Source of the DNA: an archaeon
GTDB lineage: Archaea; Undinarchaeota; Undinarchaeia; Undinarchaeales; JBDRKL01
Direction of reading: 5' to 3'
Assembly: GCA_043814055.1 (NCBI GenBank)
Contig: JBDRKL010000010.1
Location: 64,001 to 128,000, forward strand
Length of the DNA stretch: 64,000 nucleotides
This document shows, one piece after another, positions 29,911 to 39,984 of this stretch. Under the pieces are notes generated by a model. That model saw nothing but the letters and a program-made list of their open reading frames with translations. It had not been told where the DNA came from and did no database searches. A program made the position numbers and the translations under genes. Numbering within the stretch: position 1 is the first letter of the stretch; each line of letters begins with the position of its first letter.

Positions 29911-31541
29911 CACAAGTAGGCAAAGTTGATTATTTTGACGGCGCAAAGCGAAAATTGTATTTCTTCGTGGAAGAAGAGGACGGAGTAGAGGAGGAAGGAT
30001 TCTACAAGGTTGACACCCCGACTAAAGTGTTCTATATCTTTGTCACGAGCCTGAGCGAGCAGCCGCTTGACTCAGAGCTCGGCTCACGCTACTCAAAAGA
30101 AGGCTTCTCATACGACCTTGACGAGCGTTTTCTCCTGTACGCACAGGCGTCAATACTGCTTGAATACCGCAAGGCAGAAGACCACAAAATCGTTGGCTAT
30201 AAGACTATTCCAAGGCACGGCGCAGGCATATTTGAGCTTGAGGACTCTGATTTTGACATACTCAAGCTGCCCAAATTGGACTTTGCGAACGTGCGCTCAG
30301 GGAGCAAGGAGCTCGCAACAAAAGTCGGGTTCAAGAAGGAATCATACATCACGCACTGGCTGCTCAGCGGTTGGACAAACTCAGGAAAAACCAACTCTGC
30401 AAAAGTTCTGCTTGGGGTAACGCTCAAGGGTGAAGAGGGTGACAGTTTCGCAGGCGGGGTAGTTATTGACCCGCACGGCGAATATTACAAGGATTTGAAA
30501 ACAATGAACTCGGACGGCGATGTTCGCCTGGTTCACATGACAATAAATCCTGAGACAGGTGATTCAAACGAGCGCGCATTGGGCATCCCGCTCAGCATGT
30601 TAACTCCAAATGACCTCTACGAGGTCGCGGACTTCAACCCTGAGACACAGGGCGCGTTCATGTGGCGCTGCAGGGACTACTTTTGGCGGCTTGAGAAGAG
30701 GAATACCCCTGACACGCTCAATATACTTTCCGCGTCAAAGAACTGGATTGACATGATAATCAACAGCGACCACAAGCTACTGCCTCAGCTCGGCGACGAC
30801 TACAAAGACTCAACTGGACCGAAAGTGATGGATGCTACCAAGCGACGTCTGATGCGCATAATCAAGGATGACCAAAGCGTATGGCTTCCTGAGTACACTC
30901 CGATTGTTGAGGACATACTTGCTGGAGTCTCACGCGGCGTCTGGTACGTGATTGACGTGAGCTCAATAAGCAACAGCACTACCAAGCTCATAACTTCACT
31001 TATTGCATACAAGCTCTTCAAAAAGTACAAAGACACAGCGATAAACAACCGCGCGGAGTGGAAGACCTACAAGCCAGCAGGCATTCTGGTTGAGGAAGCG
31101 CACAACTACCTCTCATCAGATGAGTCCAGCAAGGGCAACATAATCGCGAAGATTGCAAAAGAGGGCAGGAAGTTCAACGTGTTCTCTATCATTGTTGAGC
31201 AAGATCCGAGCGGCATAGACGAGCGCGTCCTGAAGCAGATTCACAACAAGATAACGCTCCAGCTCATCCCGGTTGACGCGAGCGCGATTGTGAAAACAAC
31301 GCCGTACATCGCCGAGCTTGAGAACAAGATACCCTATTACCAGACAGGGGAAGGTGTGTTTGTCTCAACAGGCAGTTTCACTTTCGCATTGCCTGTCAAA
31401 TTCCCGCACATCTCAACCTGGCTTAATAATAATTCGCAGAAGTGCAAGGAATGCGACGAAGGCAGGAGCTTTGGGGCGAAAGGGATTTGCGGAAAGTGTT
31501 CTGGGAAGAAATTGAAGAAGGACGCGAAAGCGTTTATGTAA
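29907..31541 (+). CDS. herA: HerA-family ATPase/translocase with C-terminal Zn finger
   Basis: Walker A GWTNSGKT, 'IDPHGEY', Walker B 'LVEEAH', 'KEGRKF'; CKEC...CGKC tail. Confidence 0.88.
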   Translation: MTQVGKVDYFDGAKRKLYFFVEEEDGVEEEGFYKVDTPTKVFYIFVTSLSEQPLDSELGSRYSKEGFSYDLDERFLLYAQASILLEYRKAEDHKIVGYKTIPRHGAGIFELEDSDFDILKLPKLDFANVRSGSKELATKVGFKKESYITHWLLSGWTNSGKTNSAKVLLGVTLKGEEGDSFAGGVVIDPHGEYYKDLKTMNSDGDVRLVHMTINPETGDSNERALGIPLSMLTPNDLYEVADFNPETQGAFMWRCRDYFWRLEKRNTPDTLNILSASKNWIDMIINSDHKLLPQLGDDYKDSTGPKVMDATKRRLMRIIKDDQSVWLPEYTPIVEDILAGVSRGVWYVIDVSSISNSTTKLITSLIAYKLFKKYKDTAINNRAEWKTYKPAGILVEEAHNYLSSDESSKGNIIAKIAKEGRKFNVFSIIVEQDPSGIDERVLKQIHNKITLQLIPVDASAIVKTTPYIAELENKIPYYQTGEGVFVSTGSFTFALPVKFPHISTWLNNNSQKCKECDEGRSFGAKGICGKCSGKKLKKDAKAFM

Positions 31542-31546
31542 AGAAA

Positions 31547-32131
31547 ATGGATGATGAAATCTGTTTTAGCAAAGAGGAAGAGGAGATTCTAAAGAGTGTA
31601 AAAGAGCTGGGCTCAGCTGAAAAGTTATTGATTATTCTGGAGTTACTACAGGATTTGATTTCAAGAAACCTTATTGTTGTAAAGAAATATAGGGCATTTC
31701 AAATATATTTGATTAATGGAGCTATGAGGCATCTAGCGACTCAGTTCAATCCAGATGACATTGATAGATATGATTTGGATCACCCAACCACCCAAATTAC
31801 GAATACTAATTTGAGCAGAAAAGAGCGTAATGTGTTAAAAGGTATGATTTTGTCAAAAAGCTATACCAACTATAGCGTAACCGCAGTTGGTAATATTTAC
31901 ATCTTTATAGCAGGGGCTACGATTCGGCAACTTGCAAACTTAACTCTTACTGAGATCCGAGTCCTTGAATACCTGACCACAGATAAAGCTATTATAGAGT
32001 TTTTAAAAAACAAAAAGAAAAAATTTCCTATGAACAAATTTATTGTCATTTGTAAGCTTGTGGGGGGTATATCCATGCCATCCAATCTACTTACTAAGCA
32101 AACTAAAAAAGCCGCGGAAGCGTTAAAGTAA
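31547..32131 (+). CDS. Hypothetical protein (AT-rich) downstream of herA
   Basis: ATG 5 nt after the herA stop, in frame with the 229-aa ORF. Confidence 0.55.
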   Translation: MDDEICFSKEEEEILKSVKELGSAEKLLIILELLQDLISRNLIVVKKYRAFQIYLINGAMRHLATQFNPDDIDRYDLDHPTTQITNTNLSRKERNVLKGMILSKSYTNYSVTAVGNIYIFIAGATIRQLANLTLTEIRVLEYLTTDKAIIEFLKNKKKKFPMNKFIVICKLVGGISMPSNLLTKQTKKAAEALK

Positions 32132-32216
32132 TTAAACACCCATAGCCAACCTTAGAGTATTCCTCGCGACCTTTTTCTTTCCCGTTTGTTCAAAAAGCTC
32201 GACCAAAAACAATGTT

Positions 32217-33008
32217 TTAAACACCCATAGCTAAACGCAAAGTATTCCTTGCCCCAGGCCCGAGCGTTACGCACAGAATTGCGAACTTAATAAAATTCTT
32301 GAATGGGGTATCCCCCTCGGTCTTGTCTATTATGTAAAGAGCACCAAGAACAACTATGAACTTGAGCGGTAGCATTACCCACGCGCTGCCTGCGAGGCCG
32401 AACAAGTAATTTGGGAGCACGTGCTTCTCGCCGTAGCCGTAGAAGTCAACACCCACAAAAGTTGAGACCGCGTCAAACATCGCGGCAAGCATTATCGCTG
32501 AGTTCAGCGGGGTGAAAATCTTCGGCTTTAGCTTGTACGCGCCGAACAGCAAAACAGCTATGGCTGCGGTGTAGCTGAGTATCTGCAAAGCTGCTGCGTA
32601 CTGGGGAAATCGCATATTAATGCCAAACCCAAAAAGGAGCATGACGCCGATTAGGAACATCAGGTAGTGGTATGGAATTTTCTTCTGGAGCTTACCAAAC
32701 TCCCAACTGCACAGTAAAGCAGTGAACGTAATGCCGAAGACTAAAAAATATATGAGCGGCGTGACGTAAATCGGGGATTTAACAAGCTCGGCGTCGCGCA
32801 TCACGCGCAGGACCGCGGCGAGCACGATGTAAGGCAGGGTCGCGAAGAAGAACCTGCCGTTTATGGGTATTTTCATCTTCTGCATAACCCTGTAGAGCCC
32901 GAAGACGGCTATGACTAGGATTATAGCGTACACTGGAGTGTTGTAAATGTTATAAGGTACGTCATTTTGGAACACCGGGCTGATGAAATACTCGTTTAGG
33001 AATCCCAT
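32217..33008 (-). CDS. Archaeal DUF63-type membrane protein
   Basis: 'YNIYNT', 'YVTPLIYF', 'YGEKHVL', 'LGPGARN' pattern. Confidence 0.75.
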   Translation of the reverse strand: MGFLNEYFISPVFQNDVPYNIYNTPVYAIILVIAVFGLYRVMQKMKIPINGRFFFATLPYIVLAAVLRVMRDAELVKSPIYVTPLIYFLVFGITFTALLCSWEFGKLQKKIPYHYLMFLIGVMLLFGFGINMRFPQYAAALQILSYTAAIAVLLFGAYKLKPKIFTPLNSAIMLAAMFDAVSTFVGVDFYGYGEKHVLPNYLFGLAGSAWVMLPLKFIVVLGALYIIDKTEGDTPFKNFIKFAILCVTLGPGARNTLRLAMGV

Positions 33009-33099
33009 TTTTCAGAACTTGTTTTAGGTTGTTTATATTTCTTTAGGAATAGCCATTAGTGGTTAGCCAACGAACAGCCAAATGCCAAGAGCCAAAAAG

Positions 33100-35226
33100 C
33101 TAAGCTGTATCTGGTCCGCTCACCATAAAAACCTTTGTAGCCCCGTCAATCTCCTTGTCCCTTTCCAATTTATACAAGTGTCCTGAGACCGCGGCTTCCA
33201 AGCGCTCTTCGTGAGTGATTAAGAAAATTTGGTCAATTAACTTTGGCATTCGGGTCTTAAGCAGCTCAGCGAGCTCGTCTATGCTTTGCGCGTCCAGGTT
33301 GTGCGTAGGCTCATCAAGCACAAGCCAGCTCAAATTAGGCGCCAAAGCCAGAGAAAACGCGATGCGCAATGCAAGAGAAGCCATTGTGCGCTCCCCGCCT
33401 GAAACCCTGCCCTCAACGTCATACCAGCCAGCTGAAGTCTTTGCTCTGAGCACGTAGTCCCCTGCGTCTACAGCAAGTTTAACTGTCTCTATGTCGCCGT
33501 AGGGGTACAAAGTACCCCAAATCTCGTCCATAACCTCATTTACTACCTCTATAAACTCCTCGCGCAGGGATTCCTGTGTCCTTTGGAGAGCTGTCTGGAA
33601 CTTTTCCATTCCTTTCTTGGTCTCCCCGGTCCAGGCAAGGTCTTTCTCGTGCTCTGCTTTCAGGGCTTTTTTGCGCTCAATCTCATCAAGCCGCTTCTTT
33701 TTCTCCTCAGCAAGGCTTTGCAGCCCCTCAAGCTTTGCTCCTATTTCGCTCTGCTTTTTAATCGCTTCTTCATAAGAATTTCTCAGCTCTGCGAACAATT
33801 TATCGTCAAACCCGCTCTTATTTGCAAGCTCCTCAAGCGCTTTGGTTTCTGATTCAAGCTTTTCAAGCGCTGATTTTTCTGTTTTAATCTTTTTCTCAGC
33901 GGTTTGAAGGTTCTTCTTCCGCTCAGCAGCAAGTTTTTTCTGCGTTTCTAACTCAGCCTTGAAGGACTCCAGCTGTTTCTCAAGCGCTTTAATCTCATCA
34001 AGCGCCTCGCCAAGCTCCTTGATTTGTGGAATATTCACCTCAATAGTTTTGGCAAGCTCAAGCTTCTCAAGCCCTATGCTCTTTAATCTTTCATTATGCG
34101 CACTAAGCAGTTCTTTCTTTTTCCCGCGCTTCAGGTCAGTCTCGCACAGCGGGCACGAATCCTTGTCGTGGAGTTCATTCACGATGTGCTCGGAGTGCTC
34201 TGCGCGGGCAGCAAGGACTTTTAGGTCTTTTTCTGAATCCGCAATTTCTTTCTTAAGATTGTCTAGTTTTTTTGAAACAGTGTCCGAGTCGCCGTGCAGG
34301 TTTATCAGGTCAGCGAGCTTTGTGTTAAGTTCAAGTTCTTCCTTGTTTTCTTCTGCCGGGGCATCAAGCGTTTTTTGGGACTCAGCGAGCTCAAGCTCAA
34401 GGGATTTGATGCTTTCGCTTAATTGTGAAACCTGCCCCCGCTTGCTCTCAATTTTATTATTAAGCGAGTTCAACTCAGCCTGATTTTTCTCAAGCTTCTT
34501 GAGCTCAGCGGAAAGCTTGTCCGCTGCGCCTTTAAGATTTTTAAGCTCTTCTTTGAGCGTTAGTTCTGCCTCTTTTTGATTGTCAATTTCTGACTTGAGC
34601 GCAATCTCTGCTTTCTCATCGTCCTCGCTGAGCATTTCTTTAATCACTTTCTCTTTTGCAAAATAGCTCTCGTCAAGCATATTTCTGACAGAAGTCGCGG
34701 TCTTGCGCGCGGCTTCAAACTTGTCTATGCGAAGCAGTTTGTCTATTTGAGCCATTCGCTGGCCCTTAGGTATGCTGAGAAAATGGTCAATCTGGTTCTG
34801 CTCTGAGTAAACAGCACGCGAGAACAAGTCGTAGTCAACGCCAAGCAGCTTGCACACCTGCTCCGTGACCCTCTGGGAATTTGGGCCCTCAATGAGCTCG
34901 CCGTTCTGCCTTAGCTCAGACACAGTTGTGCCTTTCCCATAATTTACCTTGCGCAAAACAGTGAATATCTCACCTTTTGCCCCTAGAAATTCAAGTTCAA
35001 CCTCAGCGCTCTGCGCCTGCTTTGGCTTGCTCTTTATCACATCGTCAAGCTTGAGTTTCCGCTGGTTGAGCAAAGGGAACGTGCCAAAAAGCCCAAAGCT
35101 AAGCCCGTCCATTGCGCTGCTTTTTCCAGAGCCCATAATGCCGAAGAGCGCGTTGACTCCTTTTGAAAACGTGAACTCAGAGTCCTCGTGTGATTTCCAG
35201 TTCTTCAGCTTGAGTTTTACAATCAT
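33100..35226 (-). CDS. rad50: Rad50 ATPase
   Basis: Walker A GIMGSGKS, CPLC zinc hook, SGGE signature, 'LDEPT'; start moved to MIVKLKL. Confidence 0.92.
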   Translation of the reverse strand: MIVKLKLKNWKSHEDSEFTFSKGVNALFGIMGSGKSSAMDGLSFGLFGTFPLLNQRKLKLDDVIKSKPKQAQSAEVELEFLGAKGEIFTVLRKVNYGKGTTVSELRQNGELIEGPNSQRVTEQVCKLLGVDYDLFSRAVYSEQNQIDHFLSIPKGQRMAQIDKLLRIDKFEAARKTATSVRNMLDESYFAKEKVIKEMLSEDDEKAEIALKSEIDNQKEAELTLKEELKNLKGAADKLSAELKKLEKNQAELNSLNNKIESKRGQVSQLSESIKSLELELAESQKTLDAPAEENKEELELNTKLADLINLHGDSDTVSKKLDNLKKEIADSEKDLKVLAARAEHSEHIVNELHDKDSCPLCETDLKRGKKKELLSAHNERLKSIGLEKLELAKTIEVNIPQIKELGEALDEIKALEKQLESFKAELETQKKLAAERKKNLQTAEKKIKTEKSALEKLESETKALEELANKSGFDDKLFAELRNSYEEAIKKQSEIGAKLEGLQSLAEEKKKRLDEIERKKALKAEHEKDLAWTGETKKGMEKFQTALQRTQESLREEFIEVVNEVMDEIWGTLYPYGDIETVKLAVDAGDYVLRAKTSAGWYDVEGRVSGGERTMASLALRIAFSLALAPNLSWLVLDEPTHNLDAQSIDELAELLKTRMPKLIDQIFLITHEERLEAAVSGHLYKLERDKEIDGATKVFMVSGPDTA

Positions 35227-35263
35227 TCGCCCAGGCTCTAATAAGGCAGAGTAATAAATAAGC

Positions 35264-36532
35264 TTAAGCTTTATTGCCAAAAGCCTGGAACACGTAGTCA
35301 AAAATCACGCCGGAGCCGAACATTGCAACGGCAACGAGCAAGTATATTGGTTCCACAAGCAGCAGCATTGAAATTGCCAGCAAGGATGCGATGCCCGGAA
35401 CCAAATAGCCAAAAGGCAGCTTGTAGCTAATCTTAAGGCCTTTCTTCCTGTGGATAGGCATTGACATAAACATCATTAGGTACATCATCATCGCGAGCGC
35501 AACGAGGATGTATATGATTTCTTCAAACCCTGCGAGGAAAACTGCGGCTGACGCAAACACGAATTGCAGTATCAGCGCTATGTGCGGAGTTGCATTCTTT
35601 TTGTGAATTCTCATAAGGGCTTTTGGAAACAAGCCGTCGCGGGCAAGAGCATATGGCAGGCGGGCTGTTGCAACCACCCAGCTATTGAGGCAACCTAATA
35701 GAACTATGATTGCACCAACTGCGATTATTATGCCACCCGGGGCGCCAAGAAAAGCCTCTGCTGCTAGTGCAATTGGATAAAGTGATGTCTTGAGGTGCAT
35801 TGTTTGGATGATTCCAAGTGTTACAAATATCACTGCGCAGTAAAGGATTGTTACGAATATGCTGGAGTAAACGATTGCGCGCGGGATGTCTCTCCTCGGG
35901 AACTTTGCTTCCTCAGCAAAATAAGTGATTGCTTCCCAGCCTATAAAAGGCTCTATTATAAGGACTGACGCTAGGGCAAGAGATGAAATTGTTATGTTTA
36001 CGTTTGGTGTAAAATTGGACAGGTCAATAAAGTGCATGCCCCAGGTAATGAAGAACCAAAACACAAGGATTGAGATTGAAGTCAGCAAGTACTGAGCTTT
36101 CATGCCCCAATGCAAACCGTTGTAATTGAATGCTGTAATTAAGGCCAGAACTCCAATTGCTATTGCTATTGATTGCATATGACTTAGATGGACAAAATAT
36201 TGCAAATAGTAGGAGACCGCCACCGCGAGCGATGCAATTGTAACCCAGCTAATTAGCCACGCAAGCCAGCCTGATAAAAATCCTACTCTTTTGCCAAATG
36301 CTTCTTTCACGAATTGGTAAGGCCCGCCAGCGTGCGGATAAATGCTAGACAGTTCTGCCAGGCAGAGTGCCATGAAAATCGTGAGGATGCCGACTTCAAG
36401 CCAAACCCAGAACGAGCCAACATCAGCTATTCCTGCTGCAATCGCAGGCATTACGAATACGCCTGTGCCAATGACAGCACCTATGCCAAAAAAGATTAGG
36501 TCAGCGAGGCCTAAGGTGCGCTTAAGCTTCAT
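35264..36532 (-). CDS. APC-family amino acid permease
   Basis: 'IGTGVF', 'AELSS..P.AGG.Y', 'GWEA', 'RDIPRA'. Confidence 0.9.
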   Translation of the reverse strand: MKLKRTLGLADLIFFGIGAVIGTGVFVMPAIAAGIADVGSFWVWLEVGILTIFMALCLAELSSIYPHAGGPYQFVKEAFGKRVGFLSGWLAWLISWVTIASLAVAVSYYLQYFVHLSHMQSIAIAIGVLALITAFNYNGLHWGMKAQYLLTSISILVFWFFITWGMHFIDLSNFTPNVNITISSLALASVLIIEPFIGWEAITYFAEEAKFPRRDIPRAIVYSSIFVTILYCAVIFVTLGIIQTMHLKTSLYPIALAAEAFLGAPGGIIIAVGAIIVLLGCLNSWVVATARLPYALARDGLFPKALMRIHKKNATPHIALILQFVFASAAVFLAGFEEIIYILVALAMMMYLMMFMSMPIHRKKGLKISYKLPFGYLVPGIASLLAISMLLLVEPIYLLVAVAMFGSGVIFDYVFQAFGNKA

Positions 36533-37761
36533 AATGCGCCACCTATCTCTTTCAAGTATTTATACGCTACGCTTGGATTTCCTTTTGCAAGAATGTTAAA
36601 TAATTCCTCTGAATTTTGCACAGGGCACTCAAGCGCTTCAAGGTGTTTGTTGAGCAGTTCCTGCCCCATATCATCAACTGAGAGCTGCTTCTGCCTGAGC
36701 CGCTCAACCAAGTCCCTGCGTTTTATGGACTCGCTTGACTCAAGCTTGCCCTTGTCAATGCTCAGGAGGAACTTGCCGTGGTGCTCCTGCTCAATGCGCA
36801 GAAGCTTCAAGTGCTCTTCAGAAGTTCCTTCCTTAAGCGTGCCAGCGAGCGAAATCTTCACTAGCGGCTTGGGCTCAGCGGTTTCCAAAGAGCTGATTTC
36901 TGATTCTATTTGTTTAACTATTTCATTTGGCTCAGCGTCCTCAAAACTCAGCTTTTTATAGTAGAACTTTCGCTGGCGCTTCAGCTCTTTAAACCTTAAC
37001 TCATTGTTCTCATATATGAAAAAACCCTTTGGTTTTTCAGCCTCAATCTTGCGCATCTGCGTTATAAGTGTTGAGCCAGGGAGGACAAACTTGCCTGTTC
37101 CGAGCTGTTTTGTTTCACTCCAATGGATATGCCCGTTTATCACCAGATCATAGTCCTGCGGGAAGTCCCCAAGCTTCAGCGTTGGATGGTCCTCGTCAGA
37201 GTAAATAAAAGGCTCAACTGACTGGTGCAACATGAGAATATTCTTCGCATTCTGGACTTTACGCGGAGCCCATGTCTCAAGCACCTGCCTTGCGTATTTC
37301 TCAGGAACTCCTGACATCCCATGTATTGCAACTTTTTCATCACCCAGCTTGAGTACGATTGAGTTGCAGTGTAGGTGTATCAAAAGCCCGGCTTTCTCAA
37401 GCAATTCAACCGCGTTGGTTAGCCCTTTCCCGCGGCGCTCGTGCGTGCCGTGTATGGCGATTACAGGGGTTCCGTTCAGCGCAGTTTTTGGAATGCTCTG
37501 CGCATCCTTGCCGATTGCAGACTCAATTTGAACTCCTTGATTTTGAGAAGTCAATGAAATGAGAAATAGCTGCATCGCCTTGCCAAGAACATCCTGGCTC
37601 GGCACTCTGGAGTCAAACATGTCGCCTGCAATTAGGATTGCGTGGACTTTCTCGTCAAGCGCTTTCTGAATCGCTTCCCCAGCCTGGATAAAAGAATCCT
37701 CTGCTCGCTCAGTGGTTTGAGCATAACCGAGGTGGAAATCACTGAGTATGGCGAGCTTCAT
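36529..37761 (-). CDS. mre11: Mre11 nuclease
   Basis: 'SDFHLG', 'AGDMFD', 'HGTHE', 'GHIH' phosphoesterase motifs. Confidence 0.92.
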   Translation of the reverse strand: MKLAILSDFHLGYAQTTERAEDSFIQAGEAIQKALDEKVHAILIAGDMFDSRVPSQDVLGKAMQLFLISLTSQNQGVQIESAIGKDAQSIPKTALNGTPVIAIHGTHERRGKGLTNAVELLEKAGLLIHLHCNSIVLKLGDEKVAIHGMSGVPEKYARQVLETWAPRKVQNAKNILMLHQSVEPFIYSDEDHPTLKLGDFPQDYDLVINGHIHWSETKQLGTGKFVLPGSTLITQMRKIEAEKPKGFFIYENNELRFKELKRQRKFYYKKLSFEDAEPNEIVKQIESEISSLETAEPKPLVKISLAGTLKEGTSEEHLKLLRIEQEHHGKFLLSIDKGKLESSESIKRRDLVERLRQKQLSVDDMGQELLNKHLEALECPVQNSEELFNILAKGNPSVAYKYLKEIGGAL

Positions 37762-37821
37762 AGAGATGGCTAGGCGCTTGAAGTATAAAAACTTAAATAC
37801 CAATCTTGCATACGCAGTTCT

Positions 37822-38529
37822 ATGATAGACCTCCTATTCCTTCTGCTAACATTCCTCGGCGCAGTCTACCTGTGCTTCGTGATGTTCATGGCGTTCAAGG
37901 AGCGCTCAATGGTGGTTGGCATAGTTGCGATCAATCTTATAATATTCATTTACACTTTTCTTTTTGCTCCGCAGATGATAACAAAATACGCGCTTTCAGG
38001 AGGTAGAATCGCTGCAGGCGCTGGGTACACAATGATAACTTACATGTTCCTGCACGCCAACGTACAGCACATTTTCCTCAACTCACTCGGACTTTTGTTC
38101 TTCGGCTATCACATGGAAAAGGAGTTTACAGGCCCGCTGACCTTACTGATTTACTTTGTTTCAGGAATGTTCGCAGCGGCTGTGTATGTGTTGAGCGCGC
38201 CGGCGAATGTTTTGGTTGTAGGGGCTTCTGGAGCAATATTTGGCCTGATGGCGTACCTCACCCTTACGCGACCGTTTAAAATTAGCCCAATGCCTTTTAT
38301 AATTCCAATGCCAATCGCTGTAGCGTCCCTGCTCTACGTGATATTCGCCGCGCCAGTGATGGCAACTGGCGGCTTGCTCGAAGGGGTTGCGCACAACGCT
38401 CACATAGGCGGACTGCTTGGTGGCTCGCTGTTGGCTCTTGCGATGAACCGGCAGGAAGCGCTAAAAGGAGTTATAATAGTTGTCCTGCTCGCGGCTTTGA
38501 TATTTATTCTGCCGCCGTTGTTTATGTAA
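37822..38529 (+). CDS. Rhomboid intramembrane protease
   Basis: 'MFLHA..HI..N', GASGA, 'HIGG'. Confidence 0.92.
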   Translation: MIDLLFLLLTFLGAVYLCFVMFMAFKERSMVVGIVAINLIIFIYTFLFAPQMITKYALSGGRIAAGAGYTMITYMFLHANVQHIFLNSLGLLFFGYHMEKEFTGPLTLLIYFVSGMFAAAVYVLSAPANVLVVGASGAIFGLMAYLTLTRPFKISPMPFIIPMPIAVASLLYVIFAAPVMATGGLLEGVAHNAHIGGLLGGSLLALAMNRQEALKGVIIVVLLAALIFILPPLFM

Positions 38530-38635
38530 GCTAGAAGTGCTTGCAGTTAGTAGTTTGTAATAAGTAGTCAATGGTGGCCGTAGTAAACTACAAACTATCA
38601 ACTACCAATTACTAACTTTAACAAATTTCAAAGAA

Positions 38636-38992
38636 CTATTTCTTAGGAACGCCTTTCCCCTTTGCCTTTTCCTGCAGATAAACAAGCTCGTCGCAGGAGC
38701 TGCACCTGATTGTGTAAGGCCCTTCAAACTCAACAACTGCAGAGTCCGAGTTGCCGCAGGCGCACTCATAAGCCATCTTAAAAGGAGTTTCCCCGCTTTC
38801 CTGGTAAAGAATAAACTTACCCCTAAGCATATTGCCAGATGCATCCTTTGTAACAACGTCATTGTGGATGAACATCTTGGGCCTCTGCTCCTTTTCAAAA
38901 ATTAAAACGCGGGCCTCTTCCTTAATATCCTCGAAACTATCGTCTAGAGGCTCGCTTGAAATTAACTTGCCTAACTTAGGTTTCTTAGCCAT
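38636..38992 (-). CDS. Hypothetical Zn-binding protein
   Basis: CAC...CSSC motif; 118 aa. Confidence 0.55.
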   Translation of the reverse strand: MAKKPKLGKLISSEPLDDSFEDIKEEARVLIFEKEQRPKMFIHNDVVTKDASGNMLRGKFILYQESGETPFKMAYECACGNSDSAVVEFEGPYTIRCSSCDELVYLQEKAKGKGVPKK

Positions 38993-39009
38993 TCTTTTAG
39001 TTGTTATTC

Positions 39010-39306
39010 TTAGCCGAACAAAGCGCCGAGGCCAGCAGATGCTGCGCCTTCGTCTGCCTTCTTGTCTTCAGTGGATTTCTCTTCCTTAGCTGCGCCTGCT
39101 GCTGCAGGGGCTGCTGCCGCTGCTACAGGGACTGCTGCCTCAGAAAGGGCCTTCTCAATGTCAACGCCGTCGAGAGATGCCACAAGTGCCTTGACCTGTG
39201 CGTCATCCGCCTTTGCGCCGGATGCATCAACGACCTTCTTTAGATTAGCCTCGTTTATGTCCTGTTTTGCTGAATGCAATAGCATTGCTGCGTATACATA
39301 TTCCAT
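39010..39306 (-). CDS. rpl12: 50S ribosomal protein L12 (P1/P2 stalk)
   Basis: '[11 protein letters not shown]' start and 'GLGALFG' end. Confidence 0.97.
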   Translation of the reverse strand: MEYVYAAMLLHSAKQDINEANLKKVVDASGAKADDAQVKALVASLDGVDIEKALSEAAVPVAAAAAPAAAGAAKEEKSTEDKKADEGAASAGLGALFG

Positions 39307-39380
39307 TAGTTTTAACCTCCCAAAATCGGGAACATATAGTTGTCTGGAGGGTTTATTAATGTTACTATGTTATCCCCACA

Positions 39381-39869
39381 CTAATTCCCACTTAGCCAGA
39401 CCAGATGTTGATATTGCCACTCCTGCTCTTTAGCTATGGCATCGTCGGTATCAGAGGAATTTGTAGCCCTATGAATAGCTTGTAAGGCATAAATTGCAGA
39501 ACCAATAGAATGAGGTGAGACGTGTGCTGTTGCCACAGCCTGACCTGCGGCACGGGCGGCAGAGTGGGCGGCAGTATCTTCTCCAGCCGCGCGGGCAGCT
39601 GCGTGAGAATCAAGCGATGCCTTGCGTATGACCCCCATTTTAAACACACCAGTATCAACCCAAGTCTTAAGTGTTTCAATAGCTTTTTGAGGTCGGTAAT
39701 CTTTCGGGTATTCTTTTTCAAAATAAGGCAGGACACGTTCAGCGCAATCAATTGCCCAAATGGCTAGAGTTTTAGAATCAGTTTTTTTCACAAGCGCCAC
39801 AATTCGCTCGTCATTTCTGTAGCGAGCAAGAGAAAATTTTGTTTTTTTCTTTTGAGATTCAACTTTCAT
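39381..39869 (-). CDS. Imm5-like putative immunity-family protein
   Basis: 'WAIDCAERVL..FE...P.D.RP..AI' and 'AARAAGQAVATAH'. Confidence 0.75.
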   Translation of the reverse strand: MKVESQKKKTKFSLARYRNDERIVALVKKTDSKTLAIWAIDCAERVLPYFEKEYPKDYRPQKAIETLKTWVDTGVFKMGVIRKASLDSHAAARAAGEDTAAHSAARAAGQAVATAHVSPHSIGSAIYALQAIHRATNSSDTDDAIAKEQEWQYQHLVWLSGN

Positions 39870-39926
39870 AGTATTAATGCAGGAGGAGGGATTTGGGAAC
39901 CTCCGCCTGCTTGCGGAGGATAAGCT

Positions 39927-39984
39927 ACGAGAGATAGCGAGATTTGTTGGTCAACATTTTTGCGGCGTAGCCGGAAAAAGGTTG
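39927..39984 (-). repeat. tRNA-associated repeat, copy 2
   Basis: Reverse complement matches copy 1; starts directly after the tRNA-Leu CCA. Confidence 0.85.
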
